Shown here one piece after another: positions 19,302 to 28,331 of a DNA stretch of 46,816 bases. Below the pieces are notes generated by a model, which saw nothing but the letters and a program-made list of their open reading frames with translations, was not told the DNA's origin and searched no databases. A program made the position numbers and the translations under genes. Within the stretch, counting starts at the first letter, position 1; each line of letters starts with the position of its first letter. Source of the DNA: an uncultured Bacilli bacterium (GTDB lineage Bacteria > Bacillota_I > Bacilli_A > RF39 > UBA660); contig CANQFX010000002.1 of the NCBI GenBank assembly GCA_947600015.1, positions 1 through 46,816 of the forward strand, written 5' to 3'.

Positions 19302-21239
19302 TTATCTTTTCTTTCGATATGATTTTTCATAATCATTTAAAAACCAATCAATTGTTTTATTTTTCGCATTAATCATAATAATCTTTTTTTGAATATCTTC
19401 TTCTAAACTTTGCAGTTCTTTATCCGTTGGTTCTTTATCATAACAGATTTCTAAAGCATGTTCTACAATATTATCTTGACTTCTACGTAATCCTGATGTG
19501 CAATGACAGTAGTGCTTCAACCCTAAACCTGTATGTCCTCCTTGAAGATCATACCAACCTTTCGGATAAATTCCAGAAATTAATCGATATAGTTTTTTAA
19601 ATTGATCTTTTCCATAAGTAGCTCTTAACGATTGTATCATAGATTCTATTTTCTTACTTGTCTTCTCATCAATCTCATGCACACGGTAAATACATGGATA
19701 TCCTCGACTTGAATGAGCAAAGAAGTCTGCTACTTTACTTCCTGTTAACAACATACACGAAGAAACGATCTTTTCGGCTGCACTTTCCCCTAAAATCAAT
19801 TCACTAGAATCGATTTTATTTTTCTTTACTTTTTCATATAAATCTAGTGGTTGATACTGCTTATTTAAAATGGTCGATACTTCGTATAGATTTTGAATCG
19901 TATTACAAAGTTTTATATTACTATGTCCATGTTCTAAAATATAATTTACTTCTTGATATGTCATTTGTCTTTGACTTGTGATGATTGTTTTAGGGAATTT
20001 CTGATTGATAATTTCGCCTTCTTTTGTAATTTCAAAGTAAAAACTTCTTGCAAATCTTGGCTCTTTTTCTACTAATGATGCTAAATTTGTTGCGATTTCT
20101 GGAGGAAATATAGGAATAAACTTTTGAAATTCTCCCGATTTTTCTTGATACTTTCTTGTTAAATAAATCGTTTGTCCTCTTTCAAAAGAGTGTTCTATTA
20201 AAGGATGATTATATGGAAAATACCCTAAGATATTTGCAATATGCACGCCTAATAAATAATTACCATTTTTCATTTTTTGACAAGAAAGTCCATCATCAAT
20301 TTCGGAAGTACCTTTTTTATCAATTGTAATAATATAGTCATCTAATACTTCTCGCATATTTTCATTATCTTCATTAATGCTACACTGATATACATATTCC
20401 TCTAAACTTTCATCAAATGTAATGGGAATATGATACTGAAAAGCGATTTCTTCTATTGGAGGTTGACTTTTGTTTTCTGGAACTAATAGATTTTTCAACT
20501 CATAAAGCCATTTTAATTTTTCACTATTTTTTTTCGCCACTTTCTTTTTATAACTAAATTGATCGATCGCTCTATAAATTAATTCTAGTATTTTTTTCTG
20601 TTCTGCATATTCTAATTCAAAATCCTTTTGATTTTTAAAATAAGAAATCAAGTTGCGATAATAAAAGACACTTTCTTCTTTTGCTTCTTGAATACTAGTA
20701 ATATATTTTTTTATTGTATTATAAAATAAAGAATTTTCTTTTTCATCTTTTATATTAATAAAAGAAGGAAACTTTTGAAGCATATAATCCAAATAAGTCA
20801 AATTCCTTACTTCTTCAATTAAATATTCTACAAACTCGTATTGTTTCATGGATTGCACTTTACAAATTTCATCTACGTTTTCTATCATTTGTTCTAATTT
20901 GTGAAATTCTTGGTCCACTTTCGTTGTGTCTACAAAGTCCTTTTTCTTTTCTAATTGAATTTGACTCATTCTCTCTTCTAGTTTTAAAATCTGTCTTTTT
21001 AATTTCTTTTTATCAATATTTTTTAATGTAGAAATCATGGTATGTAAATAGAAAACGGGAATCGAGAAATCTATTTCTTGATCTCCAATATAATTTTCTA
21101 CTAGTTCTCTAATCATTTTAAAAAGAACATAAAGCAACTCTTCTCCATATAGATCCATATAGGAAAAAAGCTCTTTTTCTGAGAGTGGATTTTGTTTCCC
21201 AACGATAGAATTGTACAACACTTTTTCTATATTCTTCAT
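19302..21239 (-). CDS. RNB-domain exoribonuclease-like protein (RNase II/R superfamily, atypical)
   Basis: RNB motif I is ITIDKKGTSEIDDGLSC and motif IV is HTGLGLKHYCHCTSGLRRSQD. The N-terminal ~300 aa are helical and unassigned. I saw no cold-shock or S1 domain. Confidence 0.65.
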   Translation of the reverse strand: MKNIEKVLYNSIVGKQNPLSEKELFSYMDLYGEELLYVLFKMIRELVENYIGDQEIDFSIPVFYLHTMISTLKNIDKKKLKRQILKLEERMSQIQLEKKKDFVDTTKVDQEFHKLEQMIENVDEICKVQSMKQYEFVEYLIEEVRNLTYLDYMLQKFPSFINIKDEKENSLFYNTIKKYITSIQEAKEESVFYYRNLISYFKNQKDFELEYAEQKKILELIYRAIDQFSYKKKVAKKNSEKLKWLYELKNLLVPENKSQPPIEEIAFQYHIPITFDESLEEYVYQCSINEDNENMREVLDDYIITIDKKGTSEIDDGLSCQKMKNGNYLLGVHIANILGYFPYNHPLIEHSFERGQTIYLTRKYQEKSGEFQKFIPIFPPEIATNLASLVEKEPRFARSFYFEITKEGEIINQKFPKTIITSQRQMTYQEVNYILEHGHSNIKLCNTIQNLYEVSTILNKQYQPLDLYEKVKKNKIDSSELILGESAAEKIVSSCMLLTGSKVADFFAHSSRGYPCIYRVHEIDEKTSKKIESMIQSLRATYGKDQFKKLYRLISGIYPKGWYDLQGGHTGLGLKHYCHCTSGLRRSQDNIVEHALEICYDKEPTDKELQSLEEDIQKKIIMINAKNKTIDWFLNDYEKSYRKKR

Positions 21240-21242
21240 GTA

Positions 21243-22142
21243 TTAGTCCCTTCTATTTTTGCTTACTAGTGATAACGTAATCGTTAACTGTTTCATTCTC
21301 TCTATAATTCTTCTTGCTTTTACTTTATCGAAAGCAGAATTAGTAATGGCCAATGCTGCTTCTAACTCCTCTAATGTTAAATTAGAGGTAAAAAAAGTCG
21401 GAAGATGATTCTCCATTCGATACTGTAAAAGTGGTCCCAAAACTTCATCTCGTGACCAATTACTACAGTTTTCTGCTCCGATATCATCTAGTAATAATAA
21501 AGGAATCGTTCTAATATAATCAAATTTTTCTTCATAATTACTTTGAAAAGAAGATTTTAAACTTCTTAAGAACTCAGGATAATAAACTAAGGCACTTCTC
21601 ACTCCCTTTTTTGCCATTTCATTAAATAAAGCAGAAATGAGATAAGTTTTTCCCGATCCAAATGATCCTGTTAGATATAATCCTTTGGTATCGTTTGGAT
21701 AAGTGCTCATAAATTCTTTAAAATATTTTACAATAGGCAACCTAGCCTTATCATCTTTATATATATTACTTAATGATGCTTCTTTCATTTCTTTTGGTAT
21801 ATCAAATAATTCTATTTTTTGCATATAAGCATTTCTTTTTTCTTCCTCTTGTTTTTTTTCACAAGCAACATAGGAAAAAATCAAAGTATTCCGTTGTTTT
21901 TCTGGCGTGTAACAATACCCTAATACTTTATTTTGACAATGACTTAGCGATTTACATTGACAACAATGGTTATATTCTACAAAACTGTCTTGTAAACTAG
22001 AAGTGTATTTCATTAATATTTCATCTGGACAAGAAAGTTGATTTATATAAGTACGAAACCCCTCTTGTTTACATGCCTCGATTAATGATTGGGATAAATC
22101 AATCATATCTACATTTTGAGTTATCGATTTTGTTTTTTTCAT
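21243..22142 (-). CDS. dnaI: Primosomal helicase loader DnaI
   Basis: It has a Cys-rich N-terminal domain (CCQCKSLSHC), Walker A (GSFGSGKTYL) and Walker B (LLLDDIGAE). Confidence 0.8.
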   Translation of the reverse strand: MKKTKSITQNVDMIDLSQSLIEACKQEGFRTYINQLSCPDEILMKYTSSLQDSFVEYNHCCQCKSLSHCQNKVLGYCYTPEKQRNTLIFSYVACEKKQEEEKRNAYMQKIELFDIPKEMKEASLSNIYKDDKARLPIVKYFKEFMSTYPNDTKGLYLTGSFGSGKTYLISALFNEMAKKGVRSALVYYPEFLRSLKSSFQSNYEEKFDYIRTIPLLLLDDIGAENCSNWSRDEVLGPLLQYRMENHLPTFFTSNLTLEELEAALAITNSAFDKVKARRIIERMKQLTITLSLVSKNRRD

Positions 22143-22243
22143 AACGTTACCGCCTTTACATTTATTTTAATGAAATTCTGGTGAAAAGTCTAGGGGTATT
22201 TACTCTTTTTTTACATCACTTTTTCTTGTTTTTTGTATCAAAC

Positions 22244-24331
22244 TTATTTTTTCTGCACTATATTCATTTTCTTGCTTATGATTGATAATGTATTATTTTT
22301 CGGATAAAACATCACACTTCCATACTGATCTGTTCTGATAATTATACTATCTTGTAAGTTTTCTAATACTTCTTTATCTGGATGACCATACCGATTATTT
22401 TTACCCACACTAATTAGAGAATATTTGGGATGCATTTGTTCAATAAATTCTTTACTACTACTTGTTTTGCTTCCATGGTGTCCTACTTTTAATACATCTA
22501 TATTATTTAAATTATATTTCTCTAATAAATCTTTTTCTACCTTTACTCCTGCATCTCCCATAAATAGGAATTTATAATTATTTAGTTCTGTATAAATTAC
22601 ATTACTATTATCATTTTCATCTTCATCATAGCCATGGTTTAAAAAATATAATTTTTTATCTTCTATATTTAATTCTTCCACACAACGATAATAAGGAATT
22701 TGTTTCTTTTTTAACACTTGGATTAAATCAATTTCTAATTTATGAAATTTACCACAATTCAATATTACATTTTCTACTTTTAAATTATTTATTATGTTCA
22801 TGGCTTCTCCCATATGATCATAATCCCCATGCGTTAAAATAAGATAGTTTAACTTTTTTACGCCTAAACTTTTAAAAAGAGGAAGTAAAACAAAATTAGA
22901 AACGGCATGTTTTTCAGAAAAGGTTCCTCCCGTATCAATTAAAATATTTGTCCTTCTCCAATGTAATAATAGTGAATCTCCTTGTCCAACGTCAATCATT
23001 TCGACATAAGGGTTAGAAAAAGAAGGAGATAAATAATGAATTATACTAAGAAAAAGGAAAAGACAACAGCAAAAAAGGGACCTTTTTTTCTTCCTTTTTG
23101 GTAGCCAAAAAGATAGAAAAATAAGAAAAAAATATAAAAGATAAACGATTCCATTGACTTTAGGAAAAACCAATTTTCCAAAAGAAATTTTACTCAGAAA
23201 GAAAGAACTTTTTTCTAAGAAAGATGTAAAAATATGATATATCGGCAGAAGTTTAGAAGAAAAAATGGTCAAAAAAGAAAAGGGAAAAACCAAAAAACTG
23301 ACGAAGGGAACATAGAATAAATTATATAAAATACTCATGAAGTTTATCTGATAAAAAAAGAATAAAGAAATGGGAAAACTAGCGAAAAAGGAAAGGATGG
23401 AAATTTTCCATAGTTTTACAAAATAATTTCCTTTCATTAAAAAAGGTTGAAATATTATCAAGAAAAAAGTAATGGCATAAGAATATAAAAATCCAATATC
23501 AAAAAGAAACAAGGGATGGATTAAAATTGTAATGGAAAACGCCAAAAAGAAAGAAAAGAGATGTGGTATTCTTTTGTTTGTTATTTTTTGAAATGCATAA
23601 CAGAAAAATAATAATACTCCTCGCAAAATAGAAGGGGAAATTCCAACGATGAGAAGATACGAAAATAAAAAGAGACTACTTAACCAATAAGCAATCGTTT
23701 CCTTTTTAAAAATTTTCTTAAAAAAAGAGAAAAAAAGAAATACTAAAAATTGAATATGCATTCCACTAATCGAAAGTAAGTGACTAATTCCAATTTCTTG
23801 ATAACTTTTTTTCACTTCATAAGATAATTGAGATTTTTGTCCTAAGACAAAAGCACTTAAATAAGGATCCTGAACAGTTCTTGCGAAAATTTTGTTTTTT
23901 ATCCAGTAATAAATAGAATGATTAACATCTTTCAGCTTATACTTTCTTACTGTTAACAGAAAAAAAATCCCTTTTTGTTTCAAATATTTTTGATATGAAA
24001 ATAAATTCTTGGTCGTATTAGTCTTTGGCGTTTCTAATTGACCCCATAATTCAATCTGATATCCTAAAAGCGCATTCTCCTGCCACCACTTTTTTTCTTG
24101 TTGTTCTTTAAAATAATAAATTGCTAGTAATTTTTCTTTTGCTTTTAACGTAATTTCTACTTTTTCTTCTTCCACGTGGTATTCTATAATTTTTCCTAAA
24201 AAATGAGTATCGTTTTTTTTATAACAAGAATTGTTTGGTAATAATAAGCGAAAAATACTAATACAAATAACAAAAAGAAAAAAGAAACCCCATAGATATT
24301 TACAATATAAGATAGTCTTTAATTTTTTCAA
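22244..24331 (-). CDS. comEC: DNA internalisation competence protein ComEC/Rec2
   Basis: 695 aa. A polytopic competence domain is followed by a C-terminal metallo-beta-lactamase domain (MIDVGQGDS, THGDYDHMG, VGHHGS). Confidence 0.88.
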   Translation of the reverse strand: MKKLKTILYCKYLWGFFFLFVICISIFRLLLPNNSCYKKNDTHFLGKIIEYHVEEEKVEITLKAKEKLLAIYYFKEQQEKKWWQENALLGYQIELWGQLETPKTNTTKNLFSYQKYLKQKGIFFLLTVRKYKLKDVNHSIYYWIKNKIFARTVQDPYLSAFVLGQKSQLSYEVKKSYQEIGISHLLSISGMHIQFLVFLFFSFFKKIFKKETIAYWLSSLFLFSYLLIVGISPSILRGVLLFFCYAFQKITNKRIPHLFSFFLAFSITILIHPLFLFDIGFLYSYAITFFLIIFQPFLMKGNYFVKLWKISILSFFASFPISLFFFYQINFMSILYNLFYVPFVSFLVFPFSFLTIFSSKLLPIYHIFTSFLEKSSFFLSKISFGKLVFPKVNGIVYLLYFFLIFLSFWLPKRKKKRSLFCCCLFLFLSIIHYLSPSFSNPYVEMIDVGQGDSLLLHWRRTNILIDTGGTFSEKHAVSNFVLLPLFKSLGVKKLNYLILTHGDYDHMGEAMNIINNLKVENVILNCGKFHKLEIDLIQVLKKKQIPYYRCVEELNIEDKKLYFLNHGYDEDENDNSNVIYTELNNYKFLFMGDAGVKVEKDLLEKYNLNNIDVLKVGHHGSKTSSSKEFIEQMHPKYSLISVGKNNRYGHPDKEVLENLQDSIIIRTDQYGSVMFYPKNNTLSIISKKMNIVQKK

Positions 24332-24998
24332 AAATACTTTCTCCTATTCCAGATACTTCTTTTACTTCTTCTATCGTTTGAAAAGATCCATGTTCTTTTC
24401 GATATTGAATGATTAAATCGGCTTTACTTTCCCCTATTCCTGGAAGTTTCATCAAATCTTCTTTTGTGGCTTGATTCAATGAAATTTTTCCGACTTGGCT
24501 GTTTTCTTCTTCTGTGGAAATACAAGCATCATTTTTTAAAGCATTTTCTTCTTTTTGAATACAATGTTCTATGACTTCTTTTTCTTTTGCTTTCGTTTCT
24601 TCAAATGATAATACTTCTTCATTACTATAAATAATAATTACCATTTCATCGCTTATTTTTTTACTTAAGTTAATTACTGTTGTATTAGCATTTTGTGTTA
24701 GACCCCCTGCTTTTTCTATTACATCAATGACACGAGATTCACAAGGAAGTGTATAAATCCCTGGGTTTAGGACTTCTCCTTTAATATCTACTTTATATTC
24801 TGCTTGCTCCATCTTATTATTTTCCTCTTGTTTTTCTTTTTTTAGGGGTTCTTCTTTTTTCGCTAGTAAGAGAGAAGAATTTGTATTTTTATGATTTTTA
24901 TGTAAGTAAAAATAGCCAGCACCAACAGATCCTCCAATAATTATTAATAAAAAAATTCCTAATAAAATTTGTTTTCGATAACGATATTGAAATGAAAT
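24300..24998 (-). CDS. comEA: Competence protein ComEA (TM anchor, SLBB and helix-hairpin-helix), probably starting at an ATT codon
   Basis: The tracked ORF 24300..24812 carries SLBB (VDIKGEVLNPGIYTL) and HhH (LMKLPGIGESKA, VSGIGESIFEKI). The 62 in-frame codons upstream have no stop and encode a TM helix (RKQILLGIFLLIIIGGSVGAGYFYL). An in-frame ATT at 24998..24996 lies 7 nt after GGAGGTG. Confidence 0.7.
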   Translation of the reverse strand: MSFQYRYRKQILLGIFLLIIIGGSVGAGYFYLHKNHKNTNSSLLLAKKEEPLKKEKQEENNKMEQAEYKVDIKGEVLNPGIYTLPCESRVIDVIEKAGGLTQNANTTVINLSKKISDEMVIIIYSNEEVLSFEETKAKEKEVIEHCIQKEENALKNDACISTEEENSQVGKISLNQATKEDLMKLPGIGESKADLIIQYRKEHGSFQTIEEVKEVSGIGESIFEKIKDYLIL

Positions 24999-25024
24999 TG
25001 TCTCACCTCCTATTTTATTATTCG

Positions 25025-25051
25025 AAAAAAAAAGAAAAACCCGAAGGTTTT
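25025..25051 (-). terminator. Rho-independent terminator after the DHH gene
   Basis: The minus strand reads AAAACCTTCGGGTTTT followed by TCTTTTTTTT. Confidence 0.6.
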
Positions 25052-26105
25052 ATCGTGTTTTTACTAATAATACTTCTTGAGGATTTCCTTTTACTTCTAA
25101 TTGAAGTAGTTCTTTTAACTTCTTTTCTACTGAAAAAATATCGGTTTCTTCTATTTTTGCTCCTGCATTTTTAGGATTTCCTCCCCCATGGAAATAGCTC
25201 ATTACTTTTCCTACATCAATCGAACTTTTACTACGTGCACTAATGGAAATCATTCCCTCTTTTATGAATCCTAACACAAAAGCAGCATCAACTCGATATT
25301 TCAACATATTATCAGCCGCTTTGGCTAGTTGTTCTTTACGATAAATTTTGGTTGGTTTTTCACGATTCAATGTAAACGAAATATTATGTCCTGCCCATAA
25401 AGAAGAGTCATAATTGACAAATTCTGTTCCATAAAATACTAAATTACTAATTTTTCGATCATCATCAAATTCTTCTAAGAAAAGATCATTTACATATTCC
25501 AAATCTGCCCCATTCTTTAATAATTTTTCGGCAACATCATGCGTATGAAACGAAGTATTTTTACTATAACGATTTGTATCTAAAATAATACCTGCAAGTA
25601 AAAAATTAGCTACATTTTTATCATACTTTTCTTTATATGAATTTAATATTTGCGCAACGATTTCTGAAGCACTAGAAACTGTCGTATCTATATATTGATA
25701 ATCACTAGCAATCGTATGCTCATCTGCCTCGTGATGGTCAATGACAATAATATTTTTCATTTCTTGTAACTGATCTTTTACACAAAGCAAATAATCTTTA
25801 TTTGTATCTGTCACAATTAATAACGAATCCTGATTTTTTAACTGTTGAAACTCATCTAATGTAATAATATGAAATTGATCTTTATATTCTTCCTTAATTA
25901 GTTTTACACCTGGGGCTAATTCCATATCAGAATCATTAATAATTATATAGGCTTCTTTTCCTAAAATTTCACAAAGGAATTTTAACCCTATGGCAGAACC
26001 AATCGAATCAAAATCGGAATCATTGTGACCTACAATAAAAATGTTAGAGGCATCTAAAATATATGACTCTAAGACTTGTTTTAACATCTTTAATATTCCA
26101 CTCAT
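25050..26105 (-). CDS. DHH/DHHA1-family phosphoesterase (NrnA-like)
   Basis: It carries the motifs GHNDSDFDSIGS, DTNK, DHH (VIDHHE) and the DHHA1-type GGGNPKNAGA. Confidence 0.78.
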   Translation of the reverse strand: MSGILKMLKQVLESYILDASNIFIVGHNDSDFDSIGSAIGLKFLCEILGKEAYIIINDSDMELAPGVKLIKEEYKDQFHIITLDEFQQLKNQDSLLIVTDTNKDYLLCVKDQLQEMKNIIVIDHHEADEHTIASDYQYIDTTVSSASEIVAQILNSYKEKYDKNVANFLLAGIILDTNRYSKNTSFHTHDVAEKLLKNGADLEYVNDLFLEEFDDDRKISNLVFYGTEFVNYDSSLWAGHNISFTLNREKPTKIYRKEQLAKAADNMLKYRVDAAFVLGFIKEGMISISARSKSSIDVGKVMSYFHGGGNPKNAGAKIEETDIFSVEKKLKELLQLEVKGNPQEVLLVKTR

Positions 26106-26183
26106 AAGAACCTGCTCCTTAAAACACTCCCTAAAAGTAGCTACATTATAACATAAAAAAAGAAAAAAATCAATAGATCATTT

Positions 26184-27326
26184 CTAAAGAGAAGTTCCTA
26201 ATGATTTATTTTCAATACTTACAATTTGAACTAGCGTTAAACCAGCAATTAAACAAATAGTAAAACTTCCTCCATAACTCATAAATGGTAAAGGTACTCC
26301 AGTCATAGGCATAAGTCCAAATAATCCCATTAAATTAATCGCAATATGTAAAAAAATATAAACAGCTATCCCGTAGCATAAAATGGCCCCTCGATTCGTA
26401 CTACTTCTTTTTCCAATGATGAAAATACGCCACAATAAGAAGAGATATAAAATTAAAATAAAGATACCAAAAATTACTCCTAATTCTTCTACGATAATTG
26501 CAAATATAAAGTCTGTATATGGTTCTGGTAAATATAAATACTTTTGTGTAGAGTTCCCTAATCCTACTCCTGTTAATCCTCCATTATTAATGGCAATATA
26601 ACCATTACATACTTGATTTCCAGTAGTTAACAATTTATCACAAGGTCTTGTAAAATCGAATCGTTCTAGTTGACGTTTAAAAAGTAAGGTTTTTCCACTT
26701 CCAACCACAACAAAAGCTGCAAAAACAATCAAGCCTACTAATCCAAAAATCGTTTTGCTTTTAATTTCAAAAGGAATGGGAACAGATAAAAAAATGGTTC
26801 CTACAATTACTGCATAAATAATAGTCGTTCCTAAATCTGGTTGTAAAAAAATCAAAGCGGCAATCACAGCGCATACTAATAAAGGAAATAAACTTTTGGC
26901 ATAACTATTTAATTTCTTACTATTTTTATCGTAATACCTAGAAAGCCATACAATGGTAATAATCTTCGCAAATTCACTAGGTTGAATACTAAAAAAACCT
27001 AAATCATACCAACTTAAAGCTCGGTTTTTTGCCTGACCAATAATTAATAGACCGGCCAAACTTAAGGCAATGATAATTAATAATCCCCAAGAGACTTTTC
27101 CACAAGTCTTACTACTAAATTGAATCATAATCAAAGAAAAGAAAAATCCCGCCGTTAAAAAAATGGCTTGTTTAATGAAATAATTATAAGGACTTACTTT
27201 ATGAGACATATATGCTGTGACATTGGATGCAGAAAACACCATAACAAGCCCAATGATAAAAAGTATGATAGAAACAATTAATAATGGTTTATCTATATTT
27301 TTGATAATTTTCTTCATCTTATTCAC
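26184..27326 (-). CDS. SEDS-family peptidoglycan polymerase (FtsW/RodA/SpoVE)
   Basis: 380 aa with about 10 TM helices. It has SEFAK, PDLGT, the LPEPYTDFIF motif, and MPMTGVPLPFMSYGGS. Confidence 0.88.
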   Translation of the reverse strand: MNKMKKIIKNIDKPLLIVSIILFIIGLVMVFSASNVTAYMSHKVSPYNYFIKQAIFLTAGFFFSLIMIQFSSKTCGKVSWGLLIIIALSLAGLLIIGQAKNRALSWYDLGFFSIQPSEFAKIITIVWLSRYYDKNSKKLNSYAKSLFPLLVCAVIAALIFLQPDLGTTIIYAVIVGTIFLSVPIPFEIKSKTIFGLVGLIVFAAFVVVGSGKTLLFKRQLERFDFTRPCDKLLTTGNQVCNGYIAINNGGLTGVGLGNSTQKYLYLPEPYTDFIFAIIVEELGVIFGIFILILYLFLLWRIFIIGKRSSTNRGAILCYGIAVYIFLHIAINLMGLFGLMPMTGVPLPFMSYGGSFTICLIAGLTLVQIVSIENKSLGTSL

Positions 27327-27449
27327 CTTACTATAATATTACCATACTTTCTATTGTTTTTCATGGTAAAATTTCCCCTGGGTCAGTTTTATTAACAATT
27401 TTTGTAAATTGACATATTTTATATTAGATTATGTAAAGGAGGCTATGTT

Positions 27450-27611
27450 ATGTATTATTATGGTGGTGGATCTAATTGCTGCTCTAACCAATCATATCAA
27501 ATGCCATACTATCCAATGAGTTATGGAAATAACAATAACTCTACTTATGCAATTATTTTAGTATTATTCATCCTTTTAGTCATTGTCATTGGTACTCGCT
27601 GGGGTGCTTAG
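27450..27611 (+). CDS. YjcZ-like small membrane peptide (53 aa), absent from the ORF track
   Basis: My hand translation is MYYYGGGSNCCSNQSYQMPYYPMSYGNNNNSTYAIILVLFILLVIVIGTRWGA. An AAAGGAGG RBS lies 6 nt upstream and a perfect 10-bp terminator hairpin lies just downstream. The Gly/Tyr-rich head plus ILVLFILLVIV tail matches my recollection of the YjcZ sporulation-peptide family. Confidence 0.55.
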   Translation: MYYYGGGSNCCSNQSYQMPYYPMSYGNNNNSTYAIILVLFILLVIVIGTRWGA

Positions 27612-27619
27612 TACTCTTG

Positions 27620-27648
27620 AAAACGTATAGTTTTTATACGTTTTTCTT
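27620..27648 (+). terminator. Rho-independent terminator of the small ORF
   Basis: AAAACGTATA-gtttt-TATACGTTTT forms a perfect 10-bp stem and is followed by more T. Confidence 0.7.
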
Positions 27649-27772
27649 GTGTCTTTTTTGACATAAATTAATTTTTATCGTATAATAGGAACCGTTTTTA
27701 TAGGAATTCCGAAAATAATCTTTTTATTTTTCTGTTTATTTGATAAAATATACACAGTATGGAGTTGATAAT

Positions 27773-28321
27773 ATGTTAAGAACCAAAGATATTTTAGATG
27801 AAAAAGATCAAAGACTAAGAATTATTAGTAAGAATGTTGAATTTCCTCTTACCAAAAAAGATAAAGAAGCAATTCAAAAAATGATTGATTATTTGCATGA
27901 TAGTCAAATCGAGGAATTATCTGAAAAATATGATTTAAGACCAGGAATTGGTATGGCAGCCATTCAATTAGGAATTCCGAAACGCTACTTTGTTATTGTT
28001 CATGAATATGAAGAAGGAAAATTTGATACTTATGTATTAATCAACCCTAAAATCATTAGTAATTCCGAAGAACAAATCTATGTCGAAACGGGAGAAGGAT
28101 GCCTCAGTGTTAATCGTCCTGTAGAGGGAATTGTCCCAAGATATGCTAGAGTAAAATTAGAAGCTTATGATATGGATGGAAATAAAATTCAAGTAAGAGC
28201 ACGAGAAGAATTGGCTGTAGCATTTCAACATGAATTAGATCATTTAAATGGAATTATGTTTACAGACCATATTGATAAAAACAATCCATTCAAAGGAAAA
28301 GACCAGATGCGAGCTATCTAG
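27773..28321 (+). CDS. def: Peptide deformylase (copy 1)
   Basis: It has the PDF motifs GIGMAAIQLG, EGCLS and HELDHLNG. The ATG at 27773 follows a GGAG. Confidence 0.92.
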   Translation: MLRTKDILDEKDQRLRIISKNVEFPLTKKDKEAIQKMIDYLHDSQIEELSEKYDLRPGIGMAAIQLGIPKRYFVIVHEYEEGKFDTYVLINPKIISNSEEQIYVETGEGCLSVNRPVEGIVPRYARVKLEAYDMDGNKIQVRAREELAVAFQHELDHLNGIMFTDHIDKNNPFKGKDQMRAI

Positions 28322-28331
28322 TCTTTTTTAT

